Below, piece by piece: positions 1 to 9,205 of a stretch of DNA of 64,000 bases (its first letter is position 1; each line of letters begins with the position of its first letter). A model generated the notes under the pieces. That model saw nothing but the letters and a program-made list of their open reading frames with translations. It was not told the origin of the DNA and did not search any database. Source of the DNA: a virus. Location: positions 32,001-96,000 of IMG/VR virus record IMGVR_UViG_3300027797_000012, one strand, 5' to 3'. The translations under genes were made by a program, and so were the position numbers.

Positions 1-105
1 ATAAACGGACATGTTCCTCCCGTGTCGCTGCTAGCTCCACGTCGCTGTTTAAGCAAGCCGCGTGCTCTCGCAAAAGAAAGGATATTTCTTCTAGCTCTAT
101 TTGGT

Positions 106-1032
106 TCATTCTTCTTCTGCCCCGGTCTCTTCAGCTTCGATAACATTGGCGTCACTTATACTCCCGTCACTAGTTTCTATTTGAATGCCCGCTTCAGCTA
201 GTGTCGCAGCTATTGCTAGAGCTCCACTTGCTAATCGGTTTAACCGTTCGTTAATAATATCTGCTGCAGGCCTTGCGTCCGTCACAGTTATATTACCGTC
301 TAACTCTACACCACCACGGACACCCGCGCGGTCTAGAATCTCCGTAGATGCTTTTAATCTTACTGGCTCTGATACTGCCGATGACATTAAATCTTCAAGA
401 ACATCAACCGCGTATGGCGCAGCCTGAACTAATTTCTTCCGGGCCCGTTCGATGTCTTCACTTGGGTTCTTCTTGACATGACGAAGATGAACACGACACA
501 AGCCGTCATCCTTAAGTCTTCCTGATGTCCAAAGCATGCAGCGAATCTTGTCGTCTTTAATTTGTCTGCAACGACTTGGCATTGCCGTCGGCTTACGCTT
601 CTCACTTACGATTGGATTATCTTGCTCTGCTACCCACATCCGCGTAGCTCCAACTACCCAGGGAGGGACTAGATGATCGGACGCCGCCTCGGCTATTAAA
701 TCCAGGCCCGTCAGGTAATCGCTGTTCATGTTCTTCGGATCTACGAGGATCGGCTTCTTCTCAGCTAACGAGAGGATACGCCGTTGGGTAACCATGTCCT
801 TTGACCGTGCCTGAATCAAACCGGTAGGCACGCCGTTTGTTGCGTAGACCGTGTCCCAACCAAGTTGGGAAGATCTTAGGACCGCACGGTTTTCAAATGT
901 ATCTTCACAGACTCCGCGCTCTACCTCGATGATTCCGAGAGCCGCGAGGTCAGGCCGGATGTTAACCGGAGTCTCGATGATAGGTGTATCATCACCGGAC
1001 TCTTCCTCAAGTAGTGCTGGTTTGTTTTCCAT
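106..1032 (-). CDS. hypothetical phage protein, terminase small subunit candidate
   Basis: C-x9-C...C-x2-H cluster followed by the helical segment AAPYAVDVLEDLM...VRLKASTEILDRAG, of the kind seen in TerS-like proteins; leaderless TACAAT promoter. Confidence 0.45.
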   Translation of the reverse strand: MENKPALLEEESGDDTPIIETPVNIRPDLAALGIIEVERGVCEDTFENRAVLRSSQLGWDTVYATNGVPTGLIQARSKDMVTQRRILSLAEKKPILVDPKNMNSDYLTGLDLIAEAASDHLVPPWVVGATRMWVAEQDNPIVSEKRKPTAMPSRCRQIKDDKIRCMLWTSGRLKDDGLCRVHLRHVKKNPSEDIERARKKLVQAAPYAVDVLEDLMSSAVSEPVRLKASTEILDRAGVRGGVELDGNITVTDARPAADIINERLNRLASGALAIAATLAEAGIQIETSDGSISDANVIEAEETGAEEE

Positions 1033-1055
1033 AGTTCAATTGTACATACAAGTAG

Positions 1056-1110
1056 AAAAGGAGACAGACTCCATACCGCCGGGGAGAGGACTGGATACGG
1101 AGCCTGTCTC
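1056..1110 (-). terminator. intrinsic terminator after holin-like gene
   Basis: Long stem GAGACAG...CTGTCTC. Its plus-strand A.C mismatches become G.U pairs on the minus strand, and CTTTT follows on that strand. Confidence 0.7.
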
Positions 1111-1133
1111 GTTCTTTTAGGTTTAGAAGTTAA

Positions 1134-1316
1134 TTACTTCTTTCGACCAAACGCTGCGTCATTTGGATTTAGGTAACGCAAGACTACTGGGAGCATAGCT
1201 GCTAGACCAGCCTTTGCGATATCCGCTGGATCTGTCACGCCAGCCATGTACACGGCAATTCCTGCGGCAAGAAATGATCTTGCCCATGATGCTGCCATTG
1301 CTTTTAAATCATTCAT
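1134..1316 (-). CDS. holin-like small membrane protein
   Basis: 60 aa, two hydrophobic segments, basic C-terminus, AGGAG SD. Confidence 0.6.
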   Translation of the reverse strand: MNDLKAMAASWARSFLAAGIAVYMAGVTDPADIAKAGLAAMLPVVLRYLNPNDAAFGRKK

Positions 1317-1465
1317 GTGTTCTCCTTTTGAGACAGGGTTTGTCTCTAAGGAAATACTACACTACGTCTCGAAGGTTTAGTGGGTGAGAGAGGAGATAAT
1401 TACCCTTAAAAGACCCATGTAGAAACAGAAGTTTTACAAGGGTACCTAACTGCTTCTTTTTATGG

Positions 1466-1675
1466 TTAGTTTTTCTTTTCAACCGTCAAAGCTTTGGGCT
1501 TCCAAGACTTGTTACAGTCACAAGAACACACCCATAATTTCTCGTACCAGGCGATTTCATGAGCGCATTTCTCACATTTAGTGTCTCGACAAAGTCCGCA
1601 TGGAAGCGCAGTGGGAATCACAGTCCGTGTTCCCCACCAGGCTTCCGCACGTAGATCTTTACTTTGATTATTCAA
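1466..1675 (-). CDS. small Cys-rich hypothetical protein
   Basis: CxxC/CxxC/CxCxC pattern. Confidence 0.55.
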   Translation of the reverse strand: MNNQSKDLRAEAWWGTRTVIPTALPCGLCRDTKCEKCAHEIAWYEKLWVCSCDCNKSWKPKALTVEKKN

Positions 1676-2333
1676 CTACGTAAATCACTTCCTTATGATG
1701 TTTAACCTTGACCAGTGAATCTACCCAGATCTTGTATCCAGCTTCCTTAGCTCCTTCGCACCATGAGTAGTCTTCACCCATGTTAACAGGGAATCCAATT
1801 TCTTCCCAGTAAACCTCGCGAATCTTGAACCACGGTCTCTTCATGTTTTCAAAGACTCCATGCTTCATAGCCACGAATCCAAAACCTACACCGCCGACCT
1901 CTACGGGGTCCCAACGGAGAAGGAAATCAGACTTGTTGACCTTTGTCGGTCTCCCTTCAGGATCTGTAAGATTAACTGCTACTGTACCGTTTGGGTGAGT
2001 CATGTACACTCCACTGACCACGTCCATCTCGGAATCGTAGATACGCATGAAGTCATCTGGCTCCCACTCGATATCTGAATCAATCCAGAAGATCTTCTTG
2101 TACGAGTACTTTCCTCCGGCAATTTCGTTAGTTGACCAGTCATGACCATACGAGTCAGATGCTACCTGCTCACGGGTAGATGGGATAAACGAACCAGACT
2201 TGTTTAGAAGATGATACGAAATCCCGTACTCATTAAGAACACGAGTGGTAGCTACTAAACTATCAACGTAAGCTGCTTTGTAGGAAGATCCTGGAGTCGC
2301 AATCAAAACGTCGTAATGTTTTTTATCCGTCAC
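1668..2333 (-). CDS. GT-A fold glycosyltransferase-like protein
   Basis: WIDSDI (DxD), GFGFVAM, GEDYSWC and terminal H motif; start moved to the GTG overlapping the upstream TGA. Confidence 0.8.
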   Translation of the reverse strand: MTDKKHYDVLIATPGSSYKAAYVDSLVATTRVLNEYGISYHLLNKSGSFIPSTREQVASDSYGHDWSTNEIAGGKYSYKKIFWIDSDIEWEPDDFMRIYDSEMDVVSGVYMTHPNGTVAVNLTDPEGRPTKVNKSDFLLRWDPVEVGGVGFGFVAMKHGVFENMKRPWFKIREVYWEEIGFPVNMGEDYSWCEGAKEAGYKIWVDSLVKVKHHKEVIYVVE

Positions 2334-2476
2334 CACTCTGCTCCAATCCAAAAGAAGCACAGATCAAGATCAAACGATTTCTTGTCAAAGCGGATAGCTA
2401 ACGAGAAGTGCTTGAAGGAGTATCCATAATGAAACCAGGTGTTTCCCTTCTTCCCGACTTTAATCTCTTTGTGCAT
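2330..2476 (-). CDS. small hypothetical protein (48 aa, not in ORF track)
   Basis: MHKEIKVGKKGNTWFHYGYSF...WIGAEW*; fills the gap and overlaps both neighbours. Confidence 0.6.
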   Translation of the reverse strand: MHKEIKVGKKGNTWFHYGYSFKHFSLAIRFDKKSFDLDLCFFWIGAEW

Positions 2477-2684
2477 TTTTAAGATCCTTCTTGTTTATTT
2501 TTACCCTGGTTGCTTCATCTTCATAGGAGTCACCGTCATAGGTGAATCCGGTGTATTCAACGCCGATGACCCAAGCTTTACCTGGAACTCGTAATAGCTT
2601 GAGCATGAAATCAAAAATTCTGCTCTTCCATTCTGGCATATCAATCACAACGAACACAGGAAGATCTTTTTTCTTCTTAGCCAC
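2460..2684 (-). CDS. hypothetical protein
   Basis: Probable GTG start at 2684 after GAGGTG; operon-like packing. Confidence 0.55.
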   Translation of the reverse strand: MAKKKKDLPVFVVIDMPEWKSRIFDFMLKLLRVPGKAWVIGVEYTGFTYDGDSYEDEATRVKINKKDLKNAQRD

Positions 2685-2685
2685 A

Positions 2686-3162
2686 TCACACCTCAGTTCT
2701 ACAGGAAGAGCATAGAAGAGCATCAAAACCGGTAGGACCATCGGAAGCTCTACCTGAAGCAGAAACTGGAACGGGAACAACCTTGCTGTCGTTCTTCCCG
2801 CAACGAGCACATGCTAGCTCGATAATCCACTCGACGCCCTTACCCGCTGAGATACAAGCGTAAATCCCACGACTCAACGCGTGCATTGCTCCAGCACCTT
2901 CAGTCTTACGAAGGAACATACGAGTATCATCCGCAGTCAATACGGCATGGATCTTCTTGCAAGGGCATAACATCGCAGAAGGTTTACACGTAAGAATTCC
3001 AGCGTAGGTCGTATGCTTTGAAACAGCATGGCCACAAACGCAGATCCTCTTGTCTCGCCCACCAGACTTAGACTTATTCACAATTGCCTTATCCGCTGCC
3101 TCAACCTCATCAAAAGTTAATCCCATAGCCTCAAGGGCGTCAAGGGAATTATCCTGTGACAT
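2686..3162 (-). CDS. Cys-rich (Zn-binding) hypothetical protein
   Basis: CxCGH...H...C...CxC plus two CxxC. Confidence 0.7.
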   Translation of the reverse strand: MSQDNSLDALEAMGLTFDEVEAADKAIVNKSKSGGRDKRICVCGHAVSKHTTYAGILTCKPSAMLCPCKKIHAVLTADDTRMFLRKTEGAGAMHALSRGIYACISAGKGVEWIIELACARCGKNDSKVVPVPVSASGRASDGPTGFDALLCSSCRTEV

Positions 3163-3412
3163 ACGTGTAACCCATCAAGCAGATCCACCATAGGAATAAT
3201 AAGCTGGAGATAGAATTAACTACCGTTGCCAGTAGCGTAATAGTTCTATTTTCCTTCTTTATAATATGTTTTTGTGTTGTCTTTACCAAGCTTGCTGCTA
3301 CCCAAAGAAAAATAGAAAACCAAAACAGTTTAGATTCAAAGGTATTCATAGCCCACCTCTCAGAAGCAAGTGCACCTTGTGTACACGAGAAAATAATATC
3401 ATAAAAACTCAA
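3149..3412 (-). CDS. small membrane protein
   Basis: Two hydrophobic segments; start uncertain. Confidence 0.5.
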   Translation of the reverse strand: MSFYDIIFSCTQGALASERWAMNTFESKLFWFSIFLWVAASLVKTTQKHIIKKENRTITLLATVVNSISSLLFLWWICLMGYTYVTG

Positions 3413-3562
3413 CTAAAGTACTACTAAAATCAACTTCTTTCTTTGATTCTTTAATCCTCAACTATAAATTCTAAAGCCCCTAGGGAGAATCTCCTACACG
3501 TAAACTAAATATAGTAGAGTATTAAAGTATCAATATATACTTTATATAGTTTTTTACCCACT

Positions 3563-3666
3563 TACTAAGGCATTCTGTCTCTTTAGTTTTATTTTTCTAC
3601 CTTAGTAAGCCTCTCTGGCAGTACTAAGGCAAAACAGTACTTCTCTCACTCTTTTCTACCTTAGTA
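3563..3666. repeat. two tandem 45-bp units, each bounded by the inverted repeat TACTAAGG/CCTTAGTA
   Basis: TACTAAGG at 3563 and 3622; CCTTAGTA ending at 3607 and 3666; AT-rich non-coding divergence region. Confidence 0.8.
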
Positions 3667-3768
3667 TCTTTTTTATCACTTTTTCTTTATTTCTCTCTTC
3701 TTTCTCTTCTTCTCATTTTTCTTCTCATTATAAGACACATTGCGGTGATAAGATGATAAAATTCCACC

Positions 3769-3999
3769 ATGAGATCCGAACAAACGGTGGACTTTAATAC
3801 CACCATGAGTCGAGTATCTGCCTGTACTATTACGGTCCGTCAGACCATGCAAGATCTAATTGATCCATACTTTCTTGACCAACGAGCGGATCTACTCATA
3901 GCCGTTCAAGACTTACTCAATGACGCCACACGACTCTACAACATCGCATCCGAGATCGCCTGGTCCGAGTCAGATGAAAAGGCCGAGCAAGAACAATAG
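3769..3999 (+). CDS. hypothetical protein
   Basis: 76 aa; TGA-TAAAAT 6 nt upstream of ATG (leaderless). Confidence 0.65.
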   Translation: MRSEQTVDFNTTMSRVSACTITVRQTMQDLIDPYFLDQRADLLIAVQDLLNDATRLYNIASEIAWSESDEKAEQEQ

Positions 4000-4086
4000 G
4001 AGAGAAATAAAATAAATCGCAAAGCTCAACGTGGGGGAGAGCACGCGATACCAAGTAAGGCAAAACTACTACGAGCAACGTCCGCG

Positions 4087-7000
4087 TTGTTCGTTTTCAT
4101 GTCCGTAGTTCTAGGACCCCTTCTTCTTACAATGCCGTCTGCCCAGGCAAACCCTTCAGGGTTAACCGCCGAGGTCTACAACGTTCTAGGCCAGAATAAC
4201 GCTCCTTACATTCCTCAAGGCGCTTCTCCCGTAGTTACAACTAGCGTTCCCAATATTAACTTCCAATGGGGAAGCGGCAGCGTTCTAGGCGGACCGTATG
4301 AAGATGTAATCGTAGTCTTTACAGGATGGATTACCAGTGATGCTACCCAGGACATTTCATTTTTAGCTACCGCGGATGACGGAACTAAACTCTACATTGA
4401 CGGTAACTTAATAACCAGCGACTGGTTTGATAAAGGTGGCGGAGGAACTACAAGCTCCCCTGTACCTTTTACCGCAGGAGTCTCAAAGTCTATAGAGCTT
4501 ATGTACTATGAAAACGGTGGCGGAGCAAACGTATTTCTTCACTGGGATAAGTCTGGCCAAATGGAAATCATTCCAGCCTCTGCTTTTGTGTATGCTACTC
4601 CTCCACCTCCTGAAGTCTTGTCCGTTGGCGCTCCTACCAATCTAACAGTAGTTGATGGCGCATCTTCGGTTGTTCTTACGTGGAACGCTCCTACAGATGG
4701 AAATAGACAACCAGAGCGCTATGCTATTGGTTTTACCTGTCAAGGTTGTGGCGGTTGGGGAGTTGCTACAGGAAACGTTGGCGGTCCTAACTCGTTGAAC
4801 ACTACCATTACCTTAGATCATTCTTTGTTTAATTCATTAAAGCCAAGTGGCACCGTCTGGACATTCACAGTTAGATCTGACAATGACACGTTAGCTCTCT
4901 ACTCCTCTGTCTCCAACGCGGTGACAGTTAAGGTAGGTCTTACCGCACAAGAAATTGCAGATGCTGAAGCTGCAATCGCAGCAGCTACTGCGGAAGCCGC
5001 ACGGTTAGCAGAGGTAGCAAGGCTTGCGGAAGTTGCGCGTTTAGCAGAGGTCGCACGTCTTGAAGCAGAGGCCGCAGCTCTTATCGCCGCGCAGGCAGCA
5101 GCCGCACAGGCACTTGCAGATCAAACTGCAGCAGATGCGGTAAAGCTACTAATAACTAATTCAAGTTGGACACAGGCTAGAGCTGCATACGACATCTTAA
5201 CAGCTCCTCAAAAAGATCTCGTTACTAATTACGCAACCTTAACATCCGCGGAAGCGGCAGCAATTGCAGCACAAGTAGCAGCCGCGCAAGCGGCAGCAAC
5301 CGCTGAAGCCGCAAGAATAGCAGCAGAGGTTGCAGAAGTTGCAAGATTAGCAGAAGTTGCAAGATTAGCAGAAGTTGCGCGATTAGCGGAGATAGCAAGA
5401 TTAGCTGAGGTAGCAAGGCTTCAAGCAGAAGCAGCAGCGGTATTAGCTGCGCAGCAAGAAGAAGCAAGAATTGCAGCCGCCACAGCAGAGGCTGCTCGTC
5501 TTGCTGAAGTTGCTAGACTCGCTGAAGTTGCAAGACTAGCGGAAGTTGAAAGGCTAGCAGAGATTGCTAGAGTAGCAGAAGCGGCAAGACTGGCAGAGAT
5601 AGCAAGACTTGCCGAAGTGGCTAGACTTGCTGAGGCAGCAAGATTAGCGGAAGCAGAGAGAATAGAAGCCGAAAGAATTGCAGCTGCTACTGCTGAGGTA
5701 GCAAGATTAGCTGAGATCGCGAGACTTGCTGAAGTTGCCAGGTTAGCAGAAGTCGAAAGACTTGCCGAGATAGCGAGACTTGCAGAAGTAGCGAGATTGG
5801 CTGAAGTCGCTAGAGTAGCAGAAGAGGCCAGACTTGCTGAAGTTGCTAGACTTGCAGAGGCTGAAAGACTCGAGGCTGAAAGAATAGCAGCAGCAACTGA
5901 AGCTGCTCGTGTCGCCGCAGAAGCAGAGGCTGCCCGTATAGCCGCTGAGGTTGAAGCTGCGAGAATAGCGGCAGAGGCAGCAGCCAAAGCGGAAGCTGAC
6001 AGAATTGCTGCAGAAGAAGCTGCAAGAGAAGAAGCAAGAATTAAAGCAGAGGCCGAGGCAAAAGCCGAGGAAGAGCGCATTGCAGCCGAGATTGAAGCAG
6101 CAAGAATTCAAGCAGAGATAGAAGCTAAGGAAGAAGCGGATCGTATTGCAGCGGAGGTTGCAGCAGCTGAGGCAAAGGCCGAAGCCGAGGCTAAGGCTGA
6201 AGCTGAACGTATAGCGGCAGAGGAAGCGGCTGCAAAGGCAGAGGAAGAAAGACTTGCAGCAGAGGCAGAGGCAGCAGCTAAGGCTGAAGAAGAAAGAATA
6301 GCAGCAGAATTAGCAGAGGCAGAACGTCTTGCAGAAATTGAACGTCAACGAATTGAAGCGGAACGTATCGCTGCTGAGGAAGAAGCCGAAGCTGCACAGG
6401 CAGCAATTGACGAAGGTACACCTGAAGCGGTTGATAATTCGGTAACTGATGCGCTCGCAGATGGAAAAGTCAGTTCAACAGAGGTAGCAGCAGTTGCAGA
6501 GATAATGGCGGCAGATGGAAAAGTTGACGCTAAAGAAACAAATCAACTAGTTGAAGCGTTATCAGCAGACGGTAAAGTTTCTGTAGCAGACCAAGTCTCT
6601 GTGCTAGCAGCGCTTGCATCAGACGGTGACGTTTCAAAAGAAGACGTAGCAGCCATCGTTGCGTTAGCTGGTTCGGACGGGGCATTATCAGAGGGTGAAA
6701 AAGACATTGTTGCAGATGCTCTTATCCAGTCAGTCGCCCCAGGAGAAAACTTAACTACAGAACAAATTCAAGATGCTGGAATCGAGTATAAAGATCTCCC
6801 TGCTGAAACTCCCGTTGAAGTTCGTACAGATGACAGCGGAAATGAAATTGTTATCACCGCCGAGGTTGCAGCTAACATCGAGCTTGTAACAGATCCTGGA
6901 GCATTAGCCGAGGCATTGTTCACAGACCCTGGAGCAGCGCTCGCAGCCTTTGGAAGTCTAGGCGCGGATATGTCTGAGGAAGAACGTGAAGAGTCAACCA

Positions 7001-7185
7001 AGGCGGTTGTTGCAACTGTTGTTGCGGCAGGCGCTGCAATTCAAGCAGCTGCAGGCGCAGCCGCTGTAGCAACATCAACAGGAGGCTCGTCTAGTGGCGG
7101 TGGGTCTTCAAGCGGTGGAGGAGCTCCTACAGGAGATGCACGACGCAGAAATGCAGCTGGACCAAAGAGAACCCCTGGAAAGTAA
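4087..7185 (+). CDS. exported PA14 + FN3 domain protein with long alpha-helical (AEVARL) stalk
   Basis: Signal-peptide-like segment ending AQA; PA14 motifs ADDG and YYENGGGA; FN3-like APTNL..LTWNAP; 6-aa repeats; ADGKV repeats. True start probably upstream (ATA 4012). Confidence 0.85.
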   Translation: MFVFMSVVLGPLLLTMPSAQANPSGLTAEVYNVLGQNNAPYIPQGASPVVTTSVPNINFQWGSGSVLGGPYEDVIVVFTGWITSDATQDISFLATADDGTKLYIDGNLITSDWFDKGGGGTTSSPVPFTAGVSKSIELMYYENGGGANVFLHWDKSGQMEIIPASAFVYATPPPPEVLSVGAPTNLTVVDGASSVVLTWNAPTDGNRQPERYAIGFTCQGCGGWGVATGNVGGPNSLNTTITLDHSLFNSLKPSGTVWTFTVRSDNDTLALYSSVSNAVTVKVGLTAQEIADAEAAIAAATAEAARLAEVARLAEVARLAEVARLEAEAAALIAAQAAAAQALADQTAADAVKLLITNSSWTQARAAYDILTAPQKDLVTNYATLTSAEAAAIAAQVAAAQAAATAEAARIAAEVAEVARLAEVARLAEVARLAEIARLAEVARLQAEAAAVLAAQQEEARIAAATAEAARLAEVARLAEVARLAEVERLAEIARVAEAARLAEIARLAEVARLAEAARLAEAERIEAERIAAATAEVARLAEIARLAEVARLAEVERLAEIARLAEVARLAEVARVAEEARLAEVARLAEAERLEAERIAAATEAARVAAEAEAARIAAEVEAARIAAEAAAKAEADRIAAEEAAREEARIKAEAEAKAEEERIAAEIEAARIQAEIEAKEEADRIAAEVAAAEAKAEAEAKAEAERIAAEEAAAKAEEERLAAEAEAAAKAEEERIAAELAEAERLAEIERQRIEAERIAAEEEAEAAQAAIDEGTPEAVDNSVTDALADGKVSSTEVAAVAEIMAADGKVDAKETNQLVEALSADGKVSVADQVSVLAALASDGDVSKEDVAAIVALAGSDGALSEGEKDIVADALIQSVAPGENLTTEQIQDAGIEYKDLPAETPVEVRTDDSGNEIVITAEVAANIELVTDPGALAEALFTDPGAALAAFGSLGADMSEEEREESTKAVVATVVAAGAAIQAAAGAAAVATSTGGSSSGGGSSSGGGAPTGDARRRNAAGPKRTPGK
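4990..5890 (+). repeat. degenerate 18-nt coding repeat (AE[V/I]ARL)
   Basis: Dozens of hexapeptide copies with synonymous divergence; boundaries approximate. Confidence 0.85.
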
Positions 7186-7221
7186 TATAAAATAACTACG
7201 CGCAATAAGGAGATGTAAACA

Positions 7222-7395
7222 ATGAAAGACTTAATCCGTGACATGGTTGACCAGGCATGGACATTTTTAGGAATGTTCGTAGCATGGTTAGTCCTTGATG
7301 GAAGCGCAAAGACAATCACCGGTTACGCTATTGTAGCTACCGCGGTGTTCTGGGCAGCAACCTACCCGTTGCGCAATCCTAAAGACGAAGAGTAA
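7222..7395 (+). CDS. small two-TM membrane protein (57 aa, not in ORF track)
   Basis: MKDLIRDMVDQAWTFLGMFVAWLVLDGSAK...PKDEE*; AAGGAG SD. Confidence 0.8.
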   Translation: MKDLIRDMVDQAWTFLGMFVAWLVLDGSAKTITGYAIVATAVFWAATYPLRNPKDEE

Positions 7396-7490
7396 TCTTA
7401 ATCTTCCCTTATAATTCAATTGTAATAATAGACTAATACCTGTATATAATCAAACCTGTACGTAAGCACAAGTTACAGGAGAGATTATAG

Positions 7491-7802
7491 ATGAAAAGAC
7501 TTGTTGTCTACATTGTAAACGTAGATGAAGATCTAGCAGAGAAAGCACTTGAAGATTCACTTGCGGTGATAGCTTTACTTCCTTTTATTAAGGTAAAGCC
7601 GAAGTCTATGTTCGCAGAGCCGTACAGTGACGCACGCGGAATCATTGCCTACTTTGACTACGACTACTCCACTCCTGAAGCTGACGCGAGTAAAAATGCG
7701 TCTAAGGCTCTATACAATACTCTTGAAGAGTTAATCAAGGCACACCTATGGAATATCCCTGCGGTGAAAATCACATTAGAAAGTGGACGTAAACCAGAAT
7801 GA
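7491..7802 (+). CDS. hypothetical protein
   Basis: AGGAG SD, TATAAT upstream, ATGA coupling to the next gene. Confidence 0.7.
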   Translation: MKRLVVYIVNVDEDLAEKALEDSLAVIALLPFIKVKPKSMFAEPYSDARGIIAYFDYDYSTPEADASKNASKALYNTLEELIKAHLWNIPAVKITLESGRKPE

Positions 7803-8305
7803 CTAAGATAGTTAAAACAAAAGATTACCCGGAGATCACCGAGAAGTACGCAAAGAAGATAGATCCGCTGCTTGCGCTCGCTAAACGAGCTTACGGCTTG
7901 CGCGGTCAAGCTACTCCTGCGCACACCGCGTCAACCAAGTACACCGAGCTAGTTAAGGAGTACTACGCTAACGGAGGATCTCTCGTTGCTCTTTCACAAA
8001 GATTAGGTGTTGCCTACTCAGGATTACGCCGTCGTGTATTTACGTCTGCGTTGCCACCTGTTACCCGTAAGAATCGCTCTAAAGTCTCCGAGGAGACCAT
8101 CGCTAAGGCTATGGACGCGGTTCTAAAGGCACGAGATACTTCAACCGAGGATTACCACAAGGCGCTTCATAAGGCGTATCACGAAGGCATCTCCCTTGCA
8201 ACCGTCTCTAAGGCGCTTGGTCTTTCATCGTCTGCTCCGTTGTATTACGCTGTCCAGCGCCACGAAATACGCCAGCAGGAGAATAAGAAGAAGAAGAAGA
8301 AGTGA
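7799..8305 (+). CDS. putative DNA-binding protein with two HTH-like repeats
   Basis: GSLVALSQRLGVAYSGL and GISLATVSKALGLSS; poly-Lys tail. Confidence 0.6.
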   Translation: MTKIVKTKDYPEITEKYAKKIDPLLALAKRAYGLRGQATPAHTASTKYTELVKEYYANGGSLVALSQRLGVAYSGLRRRVFTSALPPVTRKNRSKVSEETIAKAMDAVLKARDTSTEDYHKALHKAYHEGISLATVSKALGLSSSAPLYYAVQRHEIRQQENKKKKKK

Positions 8306-8493
8306 TTACCCTACTTGCTATATTACTTACCTGGTACCTAACTAAGGTCTACTACACAAGATCATTGCGTCTAAATATAGACGGTGTAGACAATGATAAG
8401 TTTGTCAGAGTTAAGTGCTCTAAGTGCACTCGAGATACTTTTGTAGTTAGAGATAACCTTCGTACTCCGTTCTACTGTTCGATGTGTAAATGA
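8302..8493 (+). CDS. small membrane-anchored Zn-ribbon protein
   Basis: N-terminal hydrophobic stretch, two CxxC. Confidence 0.6.
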   Translation: MITLLAILLTWYLTKVYYTRSLRLNIDGVDNDKFVRVKCSKCTRDTFVVRDNLRTPFYCSMCK

Positions 8494-8918
8494 AAAAGAT
8501 AGTTGTCATTAGCGGTGGATTTGATCCACTTCACTCTGGACATATCGCGTATCTTCGTGCGGCGCGTATGCTAGGAGATCAACTTGTTGTTGGAATAAAC
8601 TCTGACGCATGGCTAGTTCGTAAGAAGGGTAAGGCGTTCCTACCGTTTGAAGAACGCAGGGCTATTCTTTCAGAGTGCCGTTCAGTTAATCATACGGTAG
8701 AGTTTAATGATGATGACGGCTCCGCAAAGAATCTTATCCTAACTACGCTCGAGGTTTTCCCTGACGCGGAGATCATCTTTGCTAACGGCGGTGATAGAAC
8801 CTCAGAGAATATTCCGGAGATGGAAATTCAAGATCCACGCTTATCGTTTGTGTTTAGCGTTGGCGGAGAAGATAAAAAGAATAGCTCTAGTTGGATTCTT
8901 AAGAACTGGGAATCGTAA
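8490..8918 (+). CDS. cytidylyltransferase-family nucleotidyltransferase (TagD/RfaE-like)
   Basis: SGGFDPLHSGH (HxGH), NSD, GGDR, SSS. Confidence 0.9.
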   Translation: MKKIVVISGGFDPLHSGHIAYLRAARMLGDQLVVGINSDAWLVRKKGKAFLPFEERRAILSECRSVNHTVEFNDDDGSAKNLILTTLEVFPDAEIIFANGGDRTSENIPEMEIQDPRLSFVFSVGGEDKKNSSSWILKNWES

Positions 8919-8930
8919 GAGTAGTACAAC

Positions 8931-9003
8931 GCGGACGTAGCGCAGTTGGTAGCGCGGAACCTTGCCAAGGTTCAGGTCGCCGGTTCGAACCCGGTCGTCC
9001 GCT
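8931..9003 (+). tRNA. tRNA-Gly (GCC)
   Basis: Acceptor GCGGACG/CGTCCGC, anticodon arm GAACC-TTGCCAA-GGTTC, T-loop GGTTCGAACC, U discriminator; followed by CTA, so CCA is not encoded. Confidence 0.95.
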
Positions 9004-9204
9004 CTAGATTTCAGTTAATTGTTCTATTTCTTGAACAACATCCTGTTTCATAGCGTAAAGACTATTTAGTACATCTTGTCTTAAAGGTTTATCTGGATGA
9101 TCAGAATCTGGGTAATCTAAAATGTTCTTTTCTAATATGTCTATATGCACATCAAAATTGTCAATTTGATTGTTTAATAAAACTATCTGTTCTTCATTAG
9201 TCAT
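9004..9204 (-). CDS. small coiled-coil hypothetical protein
   Basis: Likely ATG at 9204, immediately after the FN3 gene stop. Confidence 0.6.
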   Translation of the reverse strand: MTNEEQIVLLNNQIDNFDVHIDILEKNILDYPDSDHPDKPLRQDVLNSLYAMKQDVVQEIEQLTEI

Positions 9205-9205
9205 G

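Noticed and set aside
3997-3999. Genome-wide TAG recoding suggested by the in-frame TAG between two ORFs
   Set aside because: Conserved genes are full length in the standard code and several (nrdJ, endolysin, glycosylase) end naturally at TAG
5225-6111. Minus-strand SASLAT/Leu-rich ORFs
   Set aside because: Antisense shadows of the AEVARL repeat
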